NCBI GenBank assembly: GCA_020696395.1
Contig: JAEHCN010000001.1
Coordinates: 1,902-65,901, forward strand
Reading direction: 5' to 3'
Source of the DNA: Thermoplasmata archaeon
Lineage (GTDB): Archaea > Thermoplasmatota > Thermoplasmata > UBA10834
DNA: 64,000 nt
Below the pieces are notes generated by a model that saw nothing but the letters and a program-made list of their open reading frames with translations, ran no database searches and was not told the origin of the DNA. Below are positions 57,468 through 64,000 of the stretch, piece by piece; position 1 is the stretch's first letter; the number at the start of each line of letters is the position of its first letter. Both the position numbers and the translations under genes were made by a program.

Positions 57468-58535
57468 ATGCATGCTGTCGTGAAAAGGCACAAAGCTCCC
57501 GGGGCCGAGATCGAATCGGTCGACAAGCCCGAACTTGGCAAGGATGAGGTTCTCATCTCGATGAAGCACAGCTCGATATGCGGCACTGACGTTCATATTT
57601 GGCAATGGAACCACTGGGCTGAGAGACGGGTGAAGAATCTCCCGATAATAATCGGTCACGAGGTTTGCGGCGAGGTTGTCGAGAAGGGGGATGAGGTGAG
57701 CTTCCTCGAGATCGGCGACTTGGTCGCCGCTGAGACGCATGTCGTCGATCGGACATGCTATCAGTGCAGGACTGGACGGATGCACATCTGCAGGGACATG
57801 AGGATCCTCGGTATCGATACCGACGGTGTCTTCGCGGAGTACATCCGCATACCGGAGATGAACGCGAGGAAGCTCCCGGTCGGTTTGGACCCAAAGCTGG
57901 GTTCGCTGCTAGAGCCTCTCGGCAATGCCACTTTCACCGTGCTGCCAGACGAGTGCGCGGACGATGTCCGTGACAAGAACGTGTTCGTTGCGGGTTGCGG
58001 TCCGATAGGCCTTATGGCCGTGGCGATGTCGAAGGTGTTGGGCGCCCGGAAGGTGATTGCGTCGGAGCTCGCCTCCGACACAGTCAGGTTTGACCTCGCG
58101 AAACGCATGGGGGCCGATGTGGTCCTCGACGCAGCTACGGGGCACGATAGCATTGTTGCGGCCGTCCGGGACAACACCGATGGCAACGGTGCGGACGTAT
58201 CGCTCGAGATGTCCGGAGCGCCCGCTGCATTGCGTCAGGTATTCGATGCGCTGACGCCGGGCGGGCGCGTGTCCATCCTCGGATTGTATCCGGACCCCGT
58301 GAAACTGGATGTCAACAATGCCGTCACATTCAAATCCGCTAGGGTCTATGGCATCACGGGCAGGAAGATGTTTGAGACATGGGAGGAGATGTACAAGATC
58401 CTCCGGAGCGAGGAATTCAGGACGAAGCTCTCGTCTATTGTCTCCCACACCCTGCCGATCAGGGACATAGCCGAAGGTATGGAGCTCATACATTCGAAAC
58501 AATCTGCGAAGGTGTCCCTGGTTCCTGAATGGTGA
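57468..58535 (+). CDS. tdh: L-threonine 3-dehydrogenase (Zn-dependent MDR family)
   Basis: Zn-ADH fold with catalytic Zn ligands (CGTDVH ... GHE), structural Zn Cys and a Rossmann motif GCGPIG. The Tdh assignment is supported by the adjacent kbl. Confidence 0.85.
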   Translation: MHAVVKRHKAPGAEIESVDKPELGKDEVLISMKHSSICGTDVHIWQWNHWAERRVKNLPIIIGHEVCGEVVEKGDEVSFLEIGDLVAAETHVVDRTCYQCRTGRMHICRDMRILGIDTDGVFAEYIRIPEMNARKLPVGLDPKLGSLLEPLGNATFTVLPDECADDVRDKNVFVAGCGPIGLMAVAMSKVLGARKVIASELASDTVRFDLAKRMGADVVLDAATGHDSIVAAVRDNTDGNGADVSLEMSGAPAALRQVFDALTPGGRVSILGLYPDPVKLDVNNAVTFKSARVYGITGRKMFETWEEMYKILRSEEFRTKLSSIVSHTLPIRDIAEGMELIHSKQSAKVSLVPEW

Positions 58536-58539
58536 GGAA

Positions 58540-59739
58540 ATGGCGCGTAGAGATCCCGTATCGTTCCTAGGTGTCGAGTACAGAGCGCTCGTCGAGGCTG
58601 AGCTCGACTGGAAGCTGAGGGTCTTGGAAGGCCCGAGCTCCCCGAGATGCAGAGTCGACGGCAGCGATGTAATCATGCTCTGTTCGAATAACTACCTCAG
58701 CCTCAGCAATCATCCGAGACTGAAGCAGGCCGCCATCGATGCTGTCAAGACGCACGGCGCTGGCTCGGGCTCTGTACGCCCGATAGCCGGAAACATGGAC
58801 CTGCATCTCGAGCTCGAAGAGCGCCTCGCGGTCTTCAAGGGCGCAGAGGCGTCTCTCGTTTACCAGACCGGCTTCGCCGCGAACGCCGGGCTGATACCTC
58901 AGCTGACTGACTCCGGAGACCTGATAGTAAGTGATGAGCTCAACCACGGGAGCATAATCGACGGAGTCCGGCTGTCGAAGGCGGACAGGGCGGTGTACCG
59001 TCATTCCGACGCCGCCCATCTGGAGGAAGTCTTGGACGCGGCCGAGCGGCACACCCCGCCTTATAGGAGAATCCTTGTGATCACCGATGGCGTGTTCAGC
59101 ATGGACGGAGACATCGCCCCGCTCGACAAGGTCGCAACGACCGCCCGCGACCACGGCGCGATGGTGTACGTCGACGACGCCCACGGCGAAGGGGTGCTGG
59201 GAGATGGCGGAAGAGGTATAGTCTCGCACTTCGGCCTGACGAGGGAAGAAGTCCAAGTGGAGATGGGGACTTTCTCGAAGGCGTTCGGCGTCGTCGGAGG
59301 ACATGTGTCCGGAAGCCGCGACCTTGTAGATTTCGCGCTGAACAGGTCACGCACATGGTTGCTGAGCGGCTCTCATCCCCCCTCAGTGGCGGCCTCGTGT
59401 ATCGCCGCAATCGATGTTCTGGAGACCGAACCCGAGCATGTGCGGAACCTCTGGTCTAACACTGAGTACTTCAGGAAGGCCGTCCAGGGTATGGGATTCG
59501 ACACCGGCAGCAGTGTGACCCCGATAGTGCCGATCATGATAGGCGACAGCGGCGATGCGAAGAAGTTCAGCCGCCGCCTGTTCGAGCTCGGCGTGTTCGC
59601 CCTGCCGATTGTCTTCCCGATGGTGGCGCGGGATAGGGCGAGGATAAGGACGATAATGAACGCAGCGCTGTCTCAGTCCGATCTGGACGAGGCGCTCGCG
59701 GCGATTGAGAGGGTCGGCAAGGAGATCGATCTAGTCTAG
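58540..59739 (+). CDS. kbl: 2-amino-3-ketobutyrate CoA ligase (glycine C-acetyltransferase)
   Basis: Alpha-oxoamine synthase family with the PLP-Lys motif region (GTFSKAFG). Stop codon is TAG. Confidence 0.85.
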   Translation: MARRDPVSFLGVEYRALVEAELDWKLRVLEGPSSPRCRVDGSDVIMLCSNNYLSLSNHPRLKQAAIDAVKTHGAGSGSVRPIAGNMDLHLELEERLAVFKGAEASLVYQTGFAANAGLIPQLTDSGDLIVSDELNHGSIIDGVRLSKADRAVYRHSDAAHLEEVLDAAERHTPPYRRILVITDGVFSMDGDIAPLDKVATTARDHGAMVYVDDAHGEGVLGDGGRGIVSHFGLTREEVQVEMGTFSKAFGVVGGHVSGSRDLVDFALNRSRTWLLSGSHPPSVAASCIAAIDVLETEPEHVRNLWSNTEYFRKAVQGMGFDTGSSVTPIVPIMIGDSGDAKKFSRRLFELGVFALPIVFPMVARDRARIRTIMNAALSQSDLDEALAAIERVGKEIDLV

Positions 59740-60242
59740 TCCAGCTCCTCCGTCTGCATCTTCTCCGTGATAGTCATCTTGAATTCCTCCGACGGGGTGA
59801 TGACCTCGAACACGATCGTGTCGATGATGCCTTTTTCCTTGAGCGACTGTTGGGGAGGCAGGAGGTGATGCTTCTCCATGAATCTGCCCAGCTGGTCCTT
59901 CCCGTCCTCTCTGACTGCCTTTTTTATGACTGCCGGCTTTCTCCAGAAGCCGGAACCAAGTTTGGCAACCGTCCTGATGCCTTCCATGTGGAGTACTATC
60001 ATCTCATGTTCCCTGGAGAAGAACTTGTCCCTGTTCTCAAGGACGATCTCTATGCCTCTGTTCCTGTTCGGTCCCTGCCAGACAGTGCATTCGAAGACGT
60101 CGCCTACGGCTGATGTGGCCGGTACACTCGCCTGCTTCGGTGGGTAGGTGAGGACATGACAGTCGGGACAGAACATCTGGTCCGTATCCCTCTTGCATCG
60201 ATTGCACACACGTGTCGTGCCTGGATTCATCGCTGTGCTCAT
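59736..60242 (-). CDS. Hypothetical protein with N-terminal zinc ribbon (CNRC...CPDC)
   Basis: 168 aa with protein-like composition; directly upstream of, and co-oriented with, the giant TPR gene. Confidence 0.45.
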   Translation of the reverse strand: MSTAMNPGTTRVCNRCKRDTDQMFCPDCHVLTYPPKQASVPATSAVGDVFECTVWQGPNRNRGIEIVLENRDKFFSREHEMIVLHMEGIRTVAKLGSGFWRKPAVIKKAVREDGKDQLGRFMEKHHLLPPQQSLKEKGIIDTIVFEVITPSEEFKMTITEKMQTEELD

Positions 60243-60287
60243 AAGGAGTTGAAGGCCATTTCAAGGTTTGCGTTTCGGTGAGGATGC

Positions 60288-63200
60288 TTAGAGCCTTGAA
60301 AGGTCCTCCAGTTTGGCGCTGTCTTCTCCCTTGCGTCGAGGCTTCTTCTTACGGGGCCTCGGGACGACTTCCTCTTCCTCGACCTCTTCATCGTCCGGTT
60401 CCTCGTTCTCGGCCGGCTTCTTACGGACGACACTGCCATCCAGCGGCGCGTTGCATCTGGGGCACTTGTCCCGCCCCCTTACGCACTCCTTGCAGAGGAC
60501 GGCCTTGCACTTGGCGCATCGCCTCACAGCGATGCCTCCGTGGAACAGGCAACGCCTGCCCACCAGGTCCGGCTGATCCTCGTCCACATCCCCTTCTTCG
60601 TCCTCCGCCGCGTCAGCTCTCCTGGTACCTTTCCGAGGGGCCTTCTTCGTGTCGGTTCGAGGGCGCTTCCTCTCAGGCCTCTCCTCTGGTTCCTCCTCGT
60701 CCCCCTCGTCAGTATCCGGTTCCTCCTCGCGATGAGGTCTCTGCCTCGGTGCCTCAGACAGGCTCGGTTTCGAGGCACCGCTCTTCCACGGGGAGTACTC
60801 GCCGAAGCCCTCGGAGACTATCGACTTGAGCGACACCGACTGCGATTCCACTCCTCCCTCCTGGAATGTCATCAGTATGGTCACGAGCTGGCGTGCCTGA
60901 TAGGCTCCCACCCCGAGGTTCCTGATTATCCCAAGGACGTTCTTCTGGTCGCCCGGCAGGTCCAACGCCTGCCTGAGCAGTGCGTCCGTCTGTGGGTCCG
61001 ACACCTGGGTGCTGAAGCTGTGCTCCTCGATGGCCTTGAGGTAGCTGAGCATGCGTTTGCCGCTGGAGACTCTCAGCTCCGGGAAGTTGACCGTCACATC
61101 GCACAGCCTGAGACCATTGGTGGAGAGGTCTCGTTTGATCATCGATGTGACAAGGATCTCCCTGGACATCTTCTCGTACTTATCGAATCCCTCTGGTGTC
61201 AGCTGGGAGAGGGAGATGTCCTCCGACTGGCTGAGGTAGTCCAGGACCTCTCCGAGGAACGCGTAAGGAATTCCGCAGACCCTGAAAGCCTCCTCCTTGG
61301 TTACTGGCCTCCCGTGAGTGTACTCGAAGTCCAGCACGGATCGCGAGTAATCCTCGATCTTCGTCTTCCTTATCTCCTCCTCCGCCAGTTTCCTGCCCTC
61401 CGTGGCCGTCTCGAAATATGGGTCGATCGTGAGCGCGTGGTCGAAGCATCTCAACGCCTGCTCCGGCCTGCGGAGCTTGAGCATCGCATATGCTTTGCTC
61501 TTCCAAGCCTCCTTGTCGTTCGAGTCGAGCCCTATAGCCCTGTCGTACGCCGACCCCGCCTCCTCGTAGGCGTCGAGCTTCTCCATCACCGCCCCCTTGC
61601 TCATCCAGACCTTCGAGTTGGACTCATCGATGTCCAGCGAGCGGTCGAAGCAGTCGTTCGCCTCTGTGAGGGATTCCATCTCGGAGTAGAGCTGCCCCAG
61701 CCTGTACCACGCGGTCTTGTCTTTGGGGTCTATCTCAAGGGCCTTCAGGTAGGAGCGTACAGCCTCCTGCTTCTCTCCCGCAGCCTCCGACGCCTTCGCC
61801 CTGCTCGTCCACAGGTCTCTGTCGACGGCTCCTTGCCTGATGGCCTCATCGAAGCACCCCAGGGCCTCGGATATCCTGTTGAGCTTGAGCAGAGCCATCC
61901 CCATGTACTTCAGGGCCGAGATGTCCCTGGGCGAGTAACGCCTCGCCTCGTTGAACGCGTCGAGACTGTCCTCGAGCCTCCCTGTGGTGGCGAGTGCCCT
62001 TCCGTGGTCCGTGTGGAATTCAGGGACGCTAGGCAGTATCTTGATGGCTTTCTTGAAGTCCACCAGCGCCTCGTCAAACCTCTTCAGCTCGAGGTATGCC
62101 TTTCCCCGGTTGTCCAGTATGAACGGCTGGTTCGGGTCGAGCTTGAGCGCCTCATCCAGCGCCTCGGCCGCCTGCGCCGCCTTCCCCGCGTTGAGCAGCA
62201 GGGAGCCTTTCCGGTTCCAGAGCGCCAAGTCCTTCTGATCGAGCGAGATCGCCTTCTCGTAGCTGGTCAACGCCTCGTCCTGCCTTCCGAGCCTCTCGAG
62301 CGCTCCCGCTCTGTCCGCAAGCGCGTGCTTGCTTTTCGGAGTCAGATCGAGGATCTGGTCGCAGACGTCAACGACGCCTTCGTTATCGTCGAGTTCCTTC
62401 AGCGCCAGCTTCTTGAGTTCTAGCACGTCGACATCCTTATCGTCGATCCCCAGCGCCTTGTTGAACGCGGAGAGGGCATCACTCGCCATCTTGAGCGAGA
62501 GAGCCGCATTCCCTCGATCGATGTACGCGTTCTTGTCCTTCGGCGACACTGCGAGGATCTCGTCGCAGACTTGAATGACCTCCGTGTGCCGCTTAAGGCT
62601 CTTCAGGGTTTCCTTCTTCTTGTTCAGGATGTGGACTTCTTTCGGAGACAGTGAGAGGGCGGAGACATATGCCTGCAACGCGTTCTCCTCTCGTCCCAGC
62701 CTGGTAAGGACCTCCCCTTCCCTGACCAGCAGGTCGACCGAGCCCGGCTTCTCCCTGATGGCCTCGCGGATCGTAGAATGGGCTTCCTCATAGCGCTCCA
62801 GCCACTCGAGGGCCTCTGACTTGAGGATCAGCGCCTCAACGTCCCCAGGCACTGCCTTCAGAAGCTCGTCGTACCTCGCCAGCGCCTCCTCGTAGCGTTT
62901 CAGCTTGATGAGCGACCTGCCAAGCTGCTTGGACGTCCCTGTGTCGGCGGGGTCTATGTCGATGGCCTTCTCCAGCGACTTGACCGCTTCCTTGTAGTTC
63001 TCTGCCGTGTACGCCGCCCTTCCCCTTAGTCTCCAGAGGGGCGCGCTATCGGGATTAGATGATATGCCCTGCTTCGCATAGTCCATGGCCTCATTCGGCT
63101 TGTCTATCCTGAGGAACAGGGCGGATACGTTGTAGAACACGTCCGCACTCTTTGGGTCGAATTTCAGGGCCAGGAGATAGGATGCGAGCGCGTCCTCGAC

Positions 63201-64000
63201 GCGGTCCAATCGGTCCAAGGCCACAGCCCGGTCGAAATGCGCCGATTTGTTCGACTCGTCGAGGGCTATTATGCGGTCGCAGACATCTACGACCTCCGAA
63301 TCCTTGCGGACCTGCTTGTAAGCCTCTTTCAGGCTCTCGAGGACCGGTTTAGGCTCTGGCGTCGCCTTCAAGGCCTTCTCGAGGGTCTTGACAGCGTCGT
63401 GTATCTTCCCCACCTTGATCTGTGCTATACCCTTGTCGTGCATCGTCTCGTGGTCGTTGGAATCGATGCTCAGCATCTTGTTCGCCCACGATATCACCTC
63501 GTTGTGCATGCCAAGGCGGATCAGACTCTGTTTCTTGAGTGTCATCGCCGGCCTGTGCGAGGCCGAGACTGCCAGCGAGGCATCAGCGAATGTGAGTGCC
63601 TCCTGATATCTCTTCAGAGCGAACAGTCCTCCCGCTTTGTCCGCAATGGTTTCATGGTCTCTCGGGTCGAGGAGCATGATGTTGTCGCAGACGCCTATCG
63701 CATCCTCGTACCTCTTCGCCTTCAAGAGGGTCTTCTTCTTGTTGAGCAGTACGTTCAGGTCGTTCTGCTTTATGCCGAGAGCCCGGTCGAAGGATTCGAT
63801 TGCCTCGTCGAACAGGTTCGACTCCTCCTGCACGACTCCGAGCTCGTTCCACAAGACCGGGTTCGAATCGTCGAGTCCCACGGCCCTCTTGAAGCTGCTC
63901 AACGCGCCATCCCTGTCTCCGAGCTTGTGCTGGATCCGTCCTATGTTGTCGAGTATGTAGGCGTCCTTCGGGTCAATCTTGAGGGCTTTGTTGAGCGCCT
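60288..64000 (-). CDS. Giant TPR-repeat protein (>1230 aa; N-terminus beyond window end) with central winged-helix-like region, acidic/basic low-complexity tail and C-terminal double zinc ribbon
   Basis: More than 25 tandem 34-aa TPR units (W-LG-Y-A-F-A-P motif periodicity). The frame remains open upstream of the nominal TTG at 63902 through the window edge. The C-terminus carries CxxC x3 (RRCAKCKAVLCKECV...CPRCN) flanked by Glu/Asp and Lys/Arg runs. Confidence 0.8.
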   Translation of the reverse strand, partial: ALNKALKIDPKDAYILDNIGRIQHKLGDRDGALSSFKRAVGLDDSNPVLWNELGVVQEESNLFDEAIESFDRALGIKQNDLNVLLNKKKTLLKAKRYEDAIGVCDNIMLLDPRDHETIADKAGGLFALKRYQEALTFADASLAVSASHRPAMTLKKQSLIRLGMHNEVISWANKMLSIDSNDHETMHDKGIAQIKVGKIHDAVKTLEKALKATPEPKPVLESLKEAYKQVRKDSEVVDVCDRIIALDESNKSAHFDRAVALDRLDRVEDALASYLLALKFDPKSADVFYNVSALFLRIDKPNEAMDYAKQGISSNPDSAPLWRLRGRAAYTAENYKEAVKSLEKAIDIDPADTGTSKQLGRSLIKLKRYEEALARYDELLKAVPGDVEALILKSEALEWLERYEEAHSTIREAIREKPGSVDLLVREGEVLTRLGREENALQAYVSALSLSPKEVHILNKKKETLKSLKRHTEVIQVCDEILAVSPKDKNAYIDRGNAALSLKMASDALSAFNKALGIDDKDVDVLELKKLALKELDDNEGVVDVCDQILDLTPKSKHALADRAGALERLGRQDEALTSYEKAISLDQKDLALWNRKGSLLLNAGKAAQAAEALDEALKLDPNQPFILDNRGKAYLELKRFDEALVDFKKAIKILPSVPEFHTDHGRALATTGRLEDSLDAFNEARRYSPRDISALKYMGMALLKLNRISEALGCFDEAIRQGAVDRDLWTSRAKASEAAGEKQEAVRSYLKALEIDPKDKTAWYRLGQLYSEMESLTEANDCFDRSLDIDESNSKVWMSKGAVMEKLDAYEEAGSAYDRAIGLDSNDKEAWKSKAYAMLKLRRPEQALRCFDHALTIDPYFETATEGRKLAEEEIRKTKIEDYSRSVLDFEYTHGRPVTKEEAFRVCGIPYAFLGEVLDYLSQSEDISLSQLTPEGFDKYEKMSREILVTSMIKRDLSTNGLRLCDVTVNFPELRVSSGKRMLSYLKAIEEHSFSTQVSDPQTDALLRQALDLPGDQKNVLGIIRNLGVGAYQARQLVTILMTFQEGGVESQSVSLKSIVSEGFGEYSPWKSGASKPSLSEAPRQRPHREEEPDTDEGDEEEPEERPERKRPRTDTKKAPRKGTRRADAAEDEEGDVDEDQPDLVGRRCLFHGGIAVRRCAKCKAVLCKECVRGRDKCPRCNAPLDGSVVRKKPAENEEPDDEEVEEEEVVPRPRKKKPRRKGEDSAKLEDLSRL

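Noticed and set aside
1-64000. CRISPR arrays, integrases, transposases, toxin-antitoxin or restriction-modification systems
   Set aside because: No direct-repeat/spacer periodicity, and no ORF with recombinase, transposase, methyltransferase or nuclease-defence signatures was found. The PIN protein at 29174 is the conserved translation-cluster PIN, not a VapC toxin with an antitoxin.

Overview
This is a high-GC (~60%) archaeal chromosomal segment. It is almost entirely core metabolism and information processing, with no integrase, transposase, CRISPR array or restriction-modification genes visible.

Evidence that it is archaeal, and a Thermoplasmatota / Methanomassiliicoccales-like euryarchaeon, is inference from gene content only:
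- CDP-archaeol synthase
- the conserved archaeal cluster L7Ae-S28e-L24e-Ndk-aIF5B-S6e-aIF2gamma-PIN
- a CTP-dependent riboflavin kinase fused to an HTH domain (RbkR-like)
- pantoate kinase next to CoaBC
- a RACo/COG3894 corrinoid reductive activator

Gene content across the window:
- Nucleotide-sugar and glycosylation genes: a UDP-glucose dehydrogenase-family enzyme, two family 2 glycosyltransferases (GT2), one family 4 glycosyltransferase (GT4), and two clostripain-like C11 peptidases.
- DNA repair and replication: a family-4 uracil-DNA glycosylase (UDG), XPD helicase, a GINS-like protein, a Toprim-domain protein, and a HerA-like ATPase.
- Nucleotide and cofactor biosynthesis: PyrE, PurSLQ, Prs, Tmk, CoaBC and pantoate kinase.
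- Translation: the ribosomal/initiation-factor cluster above, ProS, TrmI, and an intron-containing tRNA.
- Carbon and amino-acid metabolism: PEP synthase, an M20 peptidase, Tdh-Kbl, and glycine dehydrogenase GcvPA/PB.
- A ferredoxin - tungsten-type aldehyde:ferredoxin oxidoreductase - ferredoxin - class III aminotransferase module.
- A sensor histidine kinase with GAF and PAS domains, and several transporters.
- A 5'-truncated giant TPR protein of more than 1230 aa at the window end.

There is no single obvious 'novel system'. The most interesting candidates are:
- the ferredoxin/AOR/ferredoxin/aminotransferase module
- a HerA-paralog ATPase with a 100-aa partner
- a C/D-box-like K-turn candidate in the L7Ae leader
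- a 390-nt ORF-free GC-rich spacer with TATA elements
- two same-frame ORFs separated by a single TAG

Many long antisense ORFs in the track are GC-driven artefacts.
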